Source of the DNA: Octopus bimaculoides
Taxonomy: Eukaryota
Direction: 5' to 3'
NCBI RefSeq assembly: GCF_001194135.2
Contig: NC_068985.1
Span: 101,048,469-101,110,077, forward strand
DNA length: 61,609 bases
Every line of letters begins with the position of its first letter. The stretch's first letter is position 1. The notes beneath the pieces were generated by a model. It searched no databases, was not told the origin of the DNA, and saw nothing but the letters and a program-made list of their open reading frames with translations. The position numbers and the translations under genes are program-made. Of this stretch, positions 25,527-38,799 are shown one piece after another.

Positions 25527-25790
25527 TATTAAGTATAACGTTTTCAATGAATGTTTAATTGGAGCAGATGGAGTCATCCTATCACCATTATAAGCTGCGA
25601 ACAGAATAAATACACTGGCGCTTAGAGTATATATTTGAGAGTAAGACAGCATTAATTGATCAGAACTAAGCCCCCGGTCATGTGACACTCGCGAACAACT
25701 ATTCAGTGAATGCATGCCTTAAGATAACCCCAGTTGCACATGTGAGTGTTTACATTGAAGCTCCAATCATATCCTTCTGCCTAAAGAAGT
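25527..25790 (-). pseudogene. Candidate decayed FN3-like coding segment
   Basis: IGASM*TLTCATGVILRHAF, then (other frame) LSYSQIYTLSASVFILFAAYNGDRMTPSAP; resembles FN3 B/C and F/G strands by eye only. Confidence 0.3.
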
Positions 25791-26819
25791 GGTCATATCC
25801 GATATAAATATATATTCCGGTTGTTCAAGACAGAAACTGTCTGAGAAAAACAGGATAACAATATTTCGAAGGACTCATGGATGAGCTTACCCGAAATAAC
25901 AAAAGCAATTTCCTCACAAGTGTCACCTTAAACGAAACAAGTAATACGACCAACATCGTTAAATATTTGACGACATGTTCGTTGACGTAATAGTGTTACT
26001 TCAAACACAACATTCCCTTCGTAAAAGCCCAAAGAATTTAAGATAAAATGACCAAGTAATGTTCTATATTTATAAGTCGTAAGGTGGTGTGACACAATTT
26101 AATGCGTGATGGTAGCATACAAAATTCAAATACGTTATCGAATATACTCGGATGCTCTCTTCGAATTGATGGTTCTGCTCCAATAAGACGTGCTGTTGTG
26201 CATCATATTATCACAAAATGAATGAGAAATTGAAGAAATATATTTGCTTTGGTTTGTATTGCATATCAGAGCTTCTTTAGAGATTTCTTCGATAACTTTA
26301 CATTTCATGAATATTTTCACAGGTTTATGATTTTACATCTGATGAAAGAAAAGGAACGATGAGAGATGAATTTCAATAAATCACCAATACATGTGGTACT
26401 TAGTAGTTATCCAATGCATGTTCATTTCTCGCAAAAAATGCAAAATTATTCACCAAGTTAAACATCTTCATTTCTCCTATAGTTAATATATGTAAATATA
26501 TAATCGAAATCAATGTATATTGCATGGAAATTTGAAACAATCAATAGGATACACTCATTAATGAAGCGTAAAATATGCAGTTTTAGAGATTGTTTTGAAA
26601 TGCCAGAGCAGTGTAAGTAGTGCTGTAATAATGTAACAAAATGCATTTTAAGTATTCATTTTGAATTCATGTCCTGAATACACTGATAATGAATCTCAAA
26701 AGCCAGAGCTAATAAACGCACACACACACATACAAGAAAACATACACGCACAGGCACATACAAAAAACACAAGTACACACATACACACACACAAACAAAG
26801 ACGTATCTATACATATACA

Positions 26820-27000
26820 AATTTAAAGAAAATAAGACGAAGACAAGTGAGGTGATAATAAGCAGGTGTATTGGTTTGACGCTCGGGAAAAAACTGAAAA
26901 TCTTTTAATGTTTCGAGCCTACGTTCATCGACAGAAAATTTGGAGAAGTGAAAATGGAGAGAGAACGAAAAATAACAGAGAGAGTAAAAGTGTGTAAGGA
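26820..27000 (-). mobile_element. Penelope-type terminal repeat fragment, copy A
   Basis: Reverse complement CTGTCGATGAACGTAGGCTCGAAACATTAAAAGA...CCCGAGCGTCAAACCAATACA is homologous to 52306-52460. Penelope assignment inferred from the hammerhead-like fold. Confidence 0.55.
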
Positions 27001-27289
27001 TTAACGTTTCAATATATATATATATATATANNNNNNNNNNNNNNNNNNNNNNNNNNNNNNNNNNNNNNNNNNNNNNNNNNNNNNNNNNNNNNNNNNNNNN
27101 NNNNNNNNNNNNNNNNNNNNNNNNNNNNNNNNTATATGCCGTCACTGGAAGTATGCATTCGATCAACACGTACTGTCTTTAAAACTAATAATAAAATATA
27201 GAATATAATCCTTGGTATAGGCTCTGTAGGGACAGTATTACCAAGAAAGAAAGGTATTGGTTTCAAATATCAGATGAAGGCCAACCTTT

Positions 27290-27472
27290 CGGAGGAGGAG
27301 TAGATAAGTCGATTTCATCGAAACCAATGCTCAACTGGTGCTTATTTTATTGTTCCTGAAAGGATGAAAGGCAAAAACCACCTCAAGGGAATTTATATCC
27401 AGAGTATAAAGAGGAATGAACTGCCGGTAAGCATTTTAAACGTCGCTGTAACGATTCTGCTAGCCTACCATC
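27290..27472 (-). mobile_element. SINE, degenerate
   Basis: AACTGGTGCTTATTTTATTG..GAAAGGATGAAAGGCAAA..CCTCAAGGGAATTT...TAACGATTCTGCTAGCCTACC is the reverse of the common SINE head and body. Confidence 0.7.
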
Positions 27473-27658
27473 AAAGAACTAACGATTTTGGGAAGTCACA
27501 TGAACTAACGATTCCAGAAAATTTATAATAATCAAGTACATAGGGTAGTTTTCTCCTTGCTTCCATACAACGCTAGATACAGTTACTTTACAAAAGATTT
27601 TAGATGAACGCCTGCATTGTTTTACATATCTCATAATCACGTATAACCTAACATTATT

Positions 27659-29335
27659 AAAAACATATATTTAGTGGAAACAAACTCTTTATATACCAAA
27701 TAATAAAAAGAAGAGTGTTAAAGCCGTCGGAAACATAGATTTCGGCAAAATACGTAAGTAAATTTGAAGTAAATTTTGCCGAAATAAGTTATCAAATAAC
27801 TAACCTTACCTTAAGTTTCAAATGTTTCTCTGTGAACTATTAGGTTGTTACGAAAATTATGGCCAATTTCAGAAATAATTTTCTTGTGCAATAATTAACA
27901 ATAGAAATGTTTTGATTAGTCAAAGTAAGAGCCGTGAACATCTATGCATCTCTACCATCGATCAACGAGATTATTTATGGCTCGTTCATAAAATAAACTT
28001 GTTGGCTTTGATGCTAATATATCGTAGAAAGCTGATTCCACCTCTGGTTTGGACCTCAAATGTTCATCACTTAAAAATGTGTTTAAATGCTTTAAAAAAT
28101 GGTAATCAATGGGTGAAAGAATAATAGAATGTGAAGGAAGTGGTAAAGCCTCGTCTACCGAGTCTGTGCGTTTCTGTAGCGTTATTCGTACATCATGAGG
28201 CTTTGTATTATTGTTGAACAGTATTGGGTCACGCTTATTTATCAATGCAGGTCTCATTTTTTGCAAGTCAGCATGGATTTCAGCGAGTTGATTGCAGTAA
28301 ACCTCTGCTGCAGTGCTCTGATTGGCTTCCAGAAAGCTGTAATGGACAACTCTAGTTACAGATCACCAGAGAGTCACCATAATTTTGCTGATGCAACTTC
28401 GGCTTTAGGAAATGTTTTGGGGGAGGCATCACGATCAAATCATTGACCTGAGTGTTTTCGGTAATCATAACGGATCCACTTTTCGTCACAAGTGACTAAT
28501 CGCAGAAAGAGCTTCGAGCACACTTCAAAATGCCGAAATTTTTGGTTTTCATTGAGCTCATGTGAAACCCATGTATCGAGATTTTTCACCTTACCAATCT
28601 TCTGCAGATTGCGTGAGACCTTTCCAATACCGACACCAAGTGCATGAGACATTTCTCTGAAACTGTGACGTGAGTTTTGTTCAACAATTGCTTTCAATTG
28701 TTCATTTTCAAGACTGCATGGTCGTCCTCTGTTTTCTTCATCGTCAAGGTTCTCATTACCACTACGGAATTTCTGAAACCACCTTCGTATTGTGCAATCA
28801 ATTGTGGACCCTTCACCCCACGATCCGTTGATATAGGCAGCAGTTTGGGAGGCATTGTACCCAAGCTTAACTCATGCAAGAAAAGGAAGCGAAAGTCCTT
28901 TCTGTTATTTTCATAATTAAGGACGCCTACGCTTCAAGAATGCTTTCTGTCTGAAATAAGTAGAAAACTATTAAAGAGCATGCATCATTTATTAAGCATG
29001 TCGAAGTTCCCATAAAATATAATTAAAATAGTATGCTAAAATTGTGTTTCAAATCACAACGCTTAGAGCGGCCACTATGACAGCCCAAAACTTACTGACA
29101 TAAGTGACTTGTTATGTCATGGTACATACTATAGTAGTAGTTATTGAAGAATATTACATATGGTTACAGATAGAGTCTAACTCCATGAGCCAAACTAAAA
29201 TTACATTAACCTAAAATCTCGTACTATATAAAAGGAGGGTTTGCCGAAAACTATGTATTTTTCCGACGGCTTTGATACTGTTCTTTTTATTATTTGGTAT
29301 GTAAAGATTTTGTTTCCACTAAATATAAGATTTTA
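27659..29335. mobile_element. Element with ~90-bp terminal inverted repeats, interrupted by a mariner
   Basis: 27659-27750 and 29240-29335 are reverse complements with about 8 mismatches and one 4-nt indel by eye. Confidence 0.7.
27838..29094 (-). mobile_element. Near full-length mariner (DD34D-type) with inactivated transposase (about 27916-28914)
   Basis: TA + TTAGGTTGTTACGAAAA TIR at 27838; motifs RRWFQKFRSG, GRP, WVSHEL, LVTCDEKW, NNNTKPH, LSPIDYHFLKHL, ending GSYFD*; multiple frameshifts; about 1.26 kb. Confidence 0.9.
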
Positions 29336-29879
29336 AACAATAGCTGAACAGTTATAAAATATCACTTCTTTTATGTTTTGAATTATTGACACCAGCGCGC
29401 AAATGTTTCTATAAACCTCACCTGCATCGCTCAGAGAGTTTGAAAAGATTTACATCATTTACGTACATTGCAATGCTTCAAAGTAAATTAGAGTACTAAG
29501 AGATACATGCAAACACACACATACATTTACGCACACGTACATAGAGAAGTGCATGCATACACATTTACACTCAGAGGTATATACTTATACCTTTGTACAT
29601 ACAAATATATACATATATTTATATTTATCTATACAGACACAAACAGTAACATATACATATATTTATGTATATTTCATTGTGTACACAGAAACAGAGCGAG
29701 ACACAAATACATAAATTCGTATACGATGTTTGCACAGTGAAAGCAATATATAACAAGGTATTGCATCCGCTTTAACACCTGCTATGAACAAAATATGTTT
29801 CTGATATTCTGATAAACGCGCAAGCAGGAAGAAAAAAATTATCTCATGTCACACACACACACACACACACGCTCACAGA

Positions 29880-29924
<45 letters not shown>

Positions 29925-30489
29925 ACACACACACACTTCAAGAAACAAAGAAAGCATAGAAGTAGGTTAAAGTTTTCTGCATCTGTTTCAGACGCGATTT
30001 TTATTGATGAATAACTCGATTATATCGTGTAAAAAACAGAATATTTCCTGCAGGAGAATTGAAATCTAAAATATGAATTGGCGAAAATATATTAAGATGT
30101 GGAATTTGAATTGACCTTCTCGTTTCAGTCTATCTCTCCATAGATTTATATGTGTGTGTGAGAGTGTGTGTGGTTGTTTGTCAATTATGGTGCTGATGTG
30201 CTGAGTAAAGCACTGCCACAGTTTGGGCTACCTGGTGTTATCCGCAGTGTTAGTTGACATAATCGACTTTGTATGAATGGAACCGATGTGATGCAGACTC
30301 CAAGATTGATGCAACATAGTATGATACACAACATCACCCCTATAAATAGGAATTGCAGGATGGATCGAGACAATATTCGTGCAAAATGAATTTATACCAT
30401 ATCGATCTTTTGTTTACTCAATCGCTTCATACATGTGTGTGTGTGTGTATGTGTGTGTGTGTATGGGTGTGTGTGTGTATGTGTGTGTG

Positions 30490-30520
<31 letters not shown>

Positions 30521-31655
30521 ACGTGCGTGCGTGTGTGTGTATTTGCTGTTCATAGAATGTACATGCGTACATATTTTGTTGTCTGCTGTGAATGGTATAC
30601 AGAAATGCTAATATACATATGTAATATATTTACAAAAATTGATAGCTTTACAATTGCGGAAAAGTCTCTTCAGTTTCGAAAAGACTTCGTCCATATTGAA
30701 ACACATACACCGTTGTGATCAATTATCCGCCATTGTACTTTTGCTCTGCACTTTAAAACTAGAAAATTACCAACAAATTAAATGAAGATTGGTACACGAA
30801 AGCAACGCTTTAAAGAAAATGATAAATCTATTCAATGATGCATATAACTGATGTTTCATTAGACTATCTTATGTTTCCTTACAAAAATATTCAATCAAAG
30901 ACAATATAGCTTGGTCAACAATTAATTATCATCGTTGTTTTCAAAGCTTTTCTGTGATCATATAAAACGAGAGGCATTGTACTTAAGTATAGCACAAACG
31001 TATACAGCTTCTATGTGACGATTAAATTCAAAGGAAACGTATGCAAATTATTAGAACATAACAAATGTTGAAGAAAGGAAGTGGATAACTTTATTTCATT
31101 GACGTTTCTCTGCATTTATACATCTTAAATCATTGGAATTTACTGATTCATAGAAAGGTTTACGGAAGTGTTCGATGAATTCCCTGATTGTTCTTTTGTT
31201 GCTACATCTGATAAACATTATATGTTATTCTCTGTTCAGTTGTTTGTATGTAGGTTAAATTGTTAATTTCGAAATTCCAACGATAATATAGAATTCAAAG
31301 CATAACATTTTAGTTTGCTTTGAATTTAACTCAATTTAATAATGAACATTTCATACAACTTTATTATTATTGATATGCTTATTATGTCGATTACCTTCCT
31401 TTTGTATACTATAAATTAACTTATTTTCATTTCCTTAGCTTTAATTTCAATCGGTTGTACATAATTTATATCTAAAATTTCTTTCACGAATATAACAATT
31501 TTCTAAAATATTTCAACTTATTCCAAATATCGAAAAATATACACAGAATATTCATGCAGATCGTTGTACAGTTTTGAACGTTATGTCATTTATCTGATCG
31601 GAAGCTATATGCGAGAATCCTCAGATGATGTAGTATATGCTTTTATATACACATC

Positions 31656-31870
31656 CGAGGGCTGATCAACAAGTATCCGGACTGATGCCATAGAAACGAA
31701 GCTAAAGCACACAGACTAAAGCCGCTTGGCAGAGATTGACCTTTACCTCTGCTGTATATGTTCACTATGTTTCAACGCTCTAGCTCACAACCGCTGTTGA
31801 CAGCAGTGCTTTGAAGGAAAGTGTGTAGAGTGTGATTGTCGCAGTAACCATGGCAGAGAAAGTTGACATG
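31656..31870 (+). mobile_element. 5' end fragment of another mariner-type element
   Basis: CGAGGGCTGATCAACAAGTATCCGGACT resembles a TACGAGGG-type mariner TIR, followed by UTR-like sequence and ACCATGGCAGAGAAAGTT. Confidence 0.45.
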
Positions 31871-32811
31871 GTGTGCATATGAGTGTGTACGCATCTGCGT
31901 GTATTTTTCGTCGAGGAGGAATCGTAAAATGAATAACGAAATACACTTATATGTAATTCGAACTTTCCTTCCTGCAGTACCTCGGTTTTCCTTCAATGTG
32001 CTTTTCAATACTTATAATAAATAAACGCATTACACATCGACAAATTCTCGAAGAACCATACATTATTTTATTTCTTGACATACATGAAAATCAAAATTTA
32101 TCTGAATGAAAAATATTTTGGTTCATTAGAAAATGATTTTTTTTTATTAACTTTGTTTATATTTTATTTTCCGTCACAATAAAATTTATGATGAATAATT
32201 CTCCCCTAATTTCTCATTCATCAACGATATGTTCAACCAAAAATAAAGAAACAATTTTCTAAAAATTGTTTGACACAAGTTTATTGACATTACATCTAAC
32301 GCCTTATGTAAACAGCATTGTATGATTTATATCTTCATATTATTAATAACTATTGCAACGCCTCTAATTGATTTACTAAATACATGGAACTGACAAAAGC
32401 AGTTGGAATTTATATTTAATTACATCGAATGCTACGTCGCTGAATTAGAATACTTTGCAGTATGTACGATGAATTGGAACATAATTGCTGCAAAACATGT
32501 AGTAACATATTTAAAATCATGGCCAATTATTGGCTATTTCTTACCAATTCTAAAATATTGTCATTGTATATTCTTATAGGAATTTATGATGGATTCCGTT
32601 TTTAAATCTTATCTGTTGGCGCTTATGCAAGACGTTCTCGTGTAATATGGGGAAATGGCAAATTTATAAATATCATTGTTAATTCACGTGTCACATTATT
32701 AGTTATATAGAAGCATAAAATCGCAGACGCCACGGATATCACTGGTGTTCTTATACACTGTATACAGCGCTCTATGTCACACAGATTCACGTAGAGAGTG
32801 ATTTGAAGCGG

Positions 32812-33033
32812 TACGAGGAGCTGCTGAAAAATTCCTGACTATAAGAATATCAAGAAAGACCTGGTTAGAGATCCAACTCACCGAGATCTTTTACAGGGCT
32901 GACTAATCCTGAAGGACCGCTGCAGTCATTAGGTGAATCTGAGACGAGAATATGCTGAATGACACAATACAATTACCTGATCCTCCTGTATTTTCATTTA
33001 CCAAAGCGAGGAACTTTTCAGCGCACTCTCGTA
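32812..33033 (+). mobile_element. Mariner-type MITE, copy 3 (complete, TA at both ends)
   Basis: TACGAGGAGCTGCTGAAAAATTCCTG ... GAGGAACTTTTCAGCGCACTCTCGTA imperfect TIRs; 222 bp; non-coding. Confidence 0.85.
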
Positions 33034-33299
33034 CAATTGGGTTTATTTAGTATAACTTGTTCTTATGTGTAGGAAACAGGGCAATGCGATAATAAAGGCC
33101 AAATATGTATCTAATTTCTCTAACTTCAGTATACTTTCATGCATCTTCACTAAATAACTCATTGCTCAGTCTCTAGATTTATTTACATTATTTATTTTAT
33201 GTTTAATTTTGCAGGATTCAGGATTCGGACTGCGCCCATGCTAGAATACACACCTTTGGAATTGTGCGATCATTTAATATATATTCTTTTGTTAACAAA

Positions 33300-33600
33300 A
33301 GGATCTTTGTCGAAGCGATACGTAGTAATGATTACGTGAGACGCAAAATATGGCAGTCGCTGTACGTCATTGGTGAACAACGTTTCCTTTCGTGACAACA
33401 GTGTGTTACGAAGTTGTTGAACTTGTTTGGTGCATTAATATAGACAGGTAAATATCAAAGCTTTGATATGGAATCTCTCAATGTGGTGCCATCATACTAG
33501 ACATCAATATGTTATAAATAGCAGGACTAGGACTTGATTGTAGACATTGAACACGTTCTATCAGTCCCTGATCCATTTTACGGGGACGTAAAAAGACCAA
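33300..33600 (-). pseudogene. Candidate decayed FN3-like coding segment
   Basis: Single frame QSSPSPAIYNILMSSMMAPH*EIPYQSFDIYLSI...RTATAIFCVSRNHYYVSLRQ with three in-frame stops. Confidence 0.25.
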
Positions 33601-34559
33601 CACCGTTTTAAAAAAGGTATTGGTGAACAAACCCAAACACAGACACACACACACAAACATACGCGCAGAAACACAAAACCACACATATATAAAATGCAAC
33701 TTTCACTTTCTATCACTCAATGAATTCATACAAACAATTTGGAGATCAATATTTAGATACATAGTACTTTGTATAACATACGTGCAGTTCCAAGTAATGC
33801 CCAATTTTGCAATACATCTAGATTGTAGGGTATTTCTAAAAAAAATCAGGGGTTTTTTTTCAAATTTGTTGGTATTGAGCTCAATGCTCCGATGATGATA
33901 ATAAGGATAACTTTATGTTTGACTCACGTAGCTGTCACATTGTAGCCAACTCAATTCTTAGGGATCCATATTTATCATCCATTTCTGTTTCTTACATGAA
34001 TGTAAGTTGAACTCCTGTCACTGTCACGTCAATTACTATGCACTCTTTGTTGTCCCTCTTAAAGTTTATTATATCCGGCCTTCGGTGCTCTAATATTAGA
34101 TAATATTAAATTAATATACTTACTTTTCACTGAAGATACCCGGCAACATATTGTTTATTACATCTATAGAAGTTCGAATGGCAATAATTCAAACATAGTG
34201 TCATATTGAAACATGTGTAGGATATTTTTCGGATATTTGTGTGTTGTTTTGTTGATCCGGTGTCTTTTATACTTATTATCATAGGTATCTCTTGTTCTTT
34301 GCATTACCTTTCCATTGCGATACAAATAGAAAACCTCTAGGAGCACTTCTGAACCCAACACTATCAACGTAGTTAGGACTAATTGTAAACAGCAAGAGAA
34401 CTATTTTTTTTATGTTCCCCAGTGATATTATAGGTATCTCCTTTTATTTGCATTACTTTTCCATTGTACTACAAATAAAATGAACCAAGAATCTATTATA
34501 TATTTTCTTCTCCCTTTTCTATTATTAATTGTATATCTTATGAGACTGTCTATTTATAA

Positions 34560-35833
34560 TATAGATCCCGTTCAGTCTGTATGAATGTGTGTATGTGTAA
34601 AAGATTATAACGGCCGTATTGTTCAACCGATTCTGACCAAACTAGGAACATACATTACTTATGTTCCAGGAATGGTTTTAGAATCTTAAATTGTTTTCAC
34701 ATAATTGGGGGCAGAAAAACCAAGTTCCTGGATTACGTGGAGAAGGGAGGTAACTCTTTGCGAAATAACTTTCAGAAATTGATTGTGGCCTTTACATGCA
34801 TTGGTCATTTAAAAAGTTTCTTTTATATGAGGTTAACGTGTTTGAAATTTAAAAGACATCTACATCTGGTTTTCTATCAATAGCTATATATCCATCTGTC
34901 TCTATTTATCTTTATATATATATATATTTATCTACCTATCCATCACTATGTCTATATCTATTTATCTCTCTGTATCTATCTGTCTATATCTTATCTATCT
35001 ATACCTATTTTATTTGTCTAACTAGCTAACTCTCTCTATATATCCCACGCACTCTATTTTCAGACGCTATAGTTTTCACTGTAAGTCTTCCATGGCTATT
35101 TACAGGCAACAGCGACGAATTACTGACATAATTTACTGGCAGAAGTAACTTCATAAATTTCACTTCAATCTGTACACTTCATTAAATTTGCCTACAAATT
35201 ACTTATTTACTTTTACAACATCTTGTGGTTTGGTGTTGTTGACGGAATTACCGATAAAAGTAGGTTAATAATTAGTGATAAAAGGAAGTTCAACTCAAAT
35301 CTGTACACTTAGTTAATTTCCCCAAAAATTCTTATTTACTTCTGCAACAGTTTTTTGTTTTGTTGTTAACAGCATTTTTCTGGTTCCGTTGATATCGGCT
35401 CCTTGGTTCACTGACAAATTTCATTTCGACCCATACGATTCTAGTTTCCGTAAAAATTTCTTATTTACTTTCTTCCCGTCGTATTAAGAAGTAACATTTC
35501 CGTTACCCAGTTATTTTCATTAGATACTATCTTCTGCACCCGTGTATTTCTGTATACGTACATAAACATGCCTAGAAGGGAAGTGTCAAATTTTTCTACA
35601 ATGTCAAGATCAGGCTCAAGATTGTCCTTGTCTAGGGAAAGAGAGACAGCTGCAGAAACAGAAACACACCAAGAAACGAACAGAATCTTCACTACAAAAG
35701 CCAGGGGATCTCAAAGTGATGGACATAGTTATGCGCAGCTGACACGGAATAGGTTCTCAACTGCAGAACGAAAAGCAGTTGCAACAGCTCAGAGAAACAA
35801 TTCCTATGTAGCAGCTTTCAATTATGATCCAGC
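34560..35833 (+). mobile_element. 5' region of a Helitron/Helentron-like element
   Basis: GTCTGTATG(TG)n followed by CCGATTCTGACCAAACTAGG (DINE-1/HINE-like block), a 131-bp internal duplication (35167, 35298), then a RepHel-like ORF start running into a gap. Confidence 0.5.
35568..35833 (+). CDS. Helitron RepHel protein N-terminus (open, cut by N-gap)
   Basis: MPRREVSNFSTMSRSGSRLSLSRERETAAETETHQE...AAFNYDP; the MPR start, charged region and AAFNYDP motif precede the zinc-finger-like region in animal Helitron RepHel proteins. Confidence 0.65.
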
Positions 35834-36478
35834 NNNNNNNNNNNNNNNNNNNNNNNNNNNNNNNNNNNNNNNNNNNNNNNNNNNNNNNNNNNNNNNNNNN
35901 NNNNNNNNNNNNNNNNNNNNNNNNNNNNNNNNNNNNNNNNNNNNNNNNNNNNNNNNNNNNNNNNNNNNNNNNNNNNNNNNNNNNNNNNNNNNNNNNNNNN
36001 NNNNNNNNNNNNNNNNNNNNNNNNNNNNNNNNNNNNNNNNNNNNNNNNNNNNNNNNNNNNNNNNNNNNNNNAGAGAACGATTAAAGAAGTAACAGGCTTT
36101 GTAAAATAAAAAGAGGTACTGGGTTCGATACGTACAACTGAAAACTTTTCAAGGCTATGTTCCCGCATGACTGCTGTTTAATGGCTGAAAGAAATAAAAG
36201 ATAACAGATGTAATTGAGTGCCACAATTGCAGTCGGTTAGAGGTGAATGCCGTTCATTATTAGTTAGTACATCACATTGTTTTCTCTTTAATCTCTCATA
36301 TATGTATCTCCATGCATTTCAAAAATGTTTTCCTCTGTGTAAGTCATATATTGATATTTTGCATGCGCGAACGTGTTTTTGTCTTCTGAAATGTTAGTGC
36401 CAAAATATCTTCAATCATGTATTGGAAATTCATAAGAAAAAGACGCAATTCAAAATAATTATGAGATTGATTGCCTTC

Positions 36479-36480
<2 letters not shown>

Positions 36481-36529
<49 letters not shown>

Positions 36530-36602
36530 CATCTATCTATCTCTCTTTATACACACGCACACATACATACACACACATATATATGTGTATATTTATACAC
36601 AC

Positions 36603-36637
<35 letters not shown>

Positions 36638-36933
36638 NNNNNNNNNNNNNNNNNNNNNNNNNNNNNNNNNNNNNNNNNNNNNNNNNNNNNNNNNNNNNNN
36701 NNNNNNNNNNNNNNNNNNNNNNNNNNNNNNNNNNNNNNNNNNNNNNNNNNNNNNNNNNNNNNNNNNNNNNNNNNNNNNNNNNNNNNNNNNNNNNNNNNNN
36801 NNNNNNNNNNNNNNNNNNNNNNNNNNNNNNNNNNNNNNNNNNNNNNNNNNNNNNNNNNNNNNNNNNNNNNNNNNNNNNNNNNNNNNNNNNNNNNTATATA
36901 TATATATATAGATAGATAGATAGATAGATAGAT

Positions 36934-36966
<33 letters not shown>
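36481..36966. repeat. (CTAT)n / (CA)(TA)n / gap / (GATA)n compound microsatellite
   Basis: CTAT run 36481-36542 and GATA run about 36908-36966 flank an N-gap. Confidence 0.9.
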
Positions 36967-36967
<1 letters not shown>

Positions 36968-37677
36968 TGTATCTTTGCTTAGCTGTCATATATGTATGTG
37001 AGTGCATGCGCATTTGTGCATGCATAACTGTGTGAGTGAGTGCGCGGGAGTGCGTGTGTTTTAGTGTCAGTGTGTAATGACAGTGCGTGAGGTTAAAATA
37101 AAGGTTAAAATCACTACAGGCGTGTATGTATTAAACATATGCATAAAAATAGATGTGTGTATTTTCGGGCAGATATGTATCTCTGTACAGATGAAATTTT
37201 ACATACTAACAAACAGTAATGAATTATTGATTATAATATATTCCCAAACATGTTATATAGGGCGGAAAAAATCAATTTAGGATCAGTTTTTTTTTTTCTG
37301 TTTCTCTGCACATTTCATTACTGAATCCAGAAATACTTCTGTTCAGCACGGCTTCTTAACATTGTTTTTGTAAGAAAATTGGAAAATCAATAAAAATGAT
37401 TAGTTAACCTTGTGAACCCTGAAAGTTCGACCTCTGTGAACTTTCTGGACGAGAGGTAATCTCTTCTGAAATAAAGCTCTCGAAAACATATGAACCAAAA
37501 CAATATATTTAAAAATGTGTCGAGTTACGCTCGATCAAAAATGCACAGAAGCATAACCTCGCATATCTAGACGCCTAACGCTTTTCTAAACTGTTATGAT
37601 ATATATAAGATGTGCTTTATATAGTATTTCGATAATGATATCGGAACATACCCATACATGTATACATACGGTATGTG

Positions 37678-37935
37678 GGGCGCTCGGTTTAGTGGTGCGA
37701 GTACTGCAATCACGATCGGTAGATCGTGATTTCAACTCCTAGGTCGAGAAGTGATTTATGTTCTTAAGCAAAGCACTTCATCTCACGTTGCTTTGCGATC
37801 ACTTAGGCACTTGTCAACCGACGGTGCACCTGTTCAGATTACGTAGACTGATAAGGAGAGTGAGCAAATGTGCGGCACAAAGATTTGAGCACTATCAACA
37901 AACGGATTGCGCAGGTGGATTGGCAAAACCTGAAC
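37678..37935 (+). mobile_element. tRNA-derived SINE, degenerate
   Basis: GGGCGCTCGGTTTAGTGGTG (A-box-like), GATTTCAACTCC (B-box-like), then TGTTCTTAAGCAAAGCACTTCATCTCACGTTGCT central block. Confidence 0.7.
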
Positions 37936-38799
37936 ACACATACGCTTCCCCACACACACACATGTGTGTGTGTGTGTATTTGTTATTGTGCACATCCATA
38001 TCCATTTTACAGGAAAAGGTTTCAAAGTGTAAGTTTAATTCTGTTACAACTATCGCAATTATTCCTTGGCACAATTGCCACTATATGTAGCACACGTGAC
38101 CACTGACACTTGTGGAACGTTTATACACTAAAGTAGTTCTTGGTGAAAGGACACAACGATGCACATTTACAAACACACATACACACAGATATATAAAATC
38201 ATAAAAAGAGAAATATACTATGATAAAATTTATTTCAACATTAAATAGTTCAAAAAGAATATCAAATGTTAACAGAAATTTTATTATATTATGTTTTCCT
38301 CTTTATTTATAATTTTCTACACTCCTTACGTTTTTGTTTTTTTTATACCGCACTTCATATTCTGTTTCGGAAAATGTTACGTTAAGGAGCTTTTTTTAAA
38401 AGTACGACCGGTTTAGTTGAATCTATATATTATGGCTTAAATTTATTAGATATTAATGCAAAGTGAGTGTGCGTGTTTGTGTGTGTGTATGTGCGTGCGT
38501 GTGTGCATGCGCACAGAATGAAAACAGGAACATATCTTTCGTTATATTACATGTGTTTGTGTGTGTGCCCGTGTCTGTGAGCTTGTATGTGTGTGGATGT
38601 CTATGGGCACAGAAAAAAGACAAATGAAAATACAAAAACACAAAGTACAAAAACATAGAAAAGGGACATGGGAGCGGTATTGCTTCCTTAGTCATTTAAC
38701 ATTATTCCTCACAACAGTAGTGTTGTATATATGTACAATGGAGTGCTGAAACGACCCTAGTTTCGGGTAAAAGGAAATGCTGTAGAATCAATTAATGCT

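Noticed and set aside
30185-30373. Hydrophobic minus-strand ORF suggesting a transmembrane exon of the FN3 relic gene
   Set aside because: Hydrophobic reads are common in AT-rich DNA, no splice sites are convincing, and FN3-like relics lie further downstream, which contradicts a TM here.
34126-34225. CTGAAGA ... GAAACATGTGTA possible third hammerhead
   Set aside because: Helix I does not pair (TTTTCA versus GGATA) and helix II is only loosely formed.
36481-36966. (CTAT)n and (GATA)n in inverted orientation around a gap, suggesting a foldback
   Set aside because: Both orientations of this microsatellite are common here and the intervening sequence is unknown.
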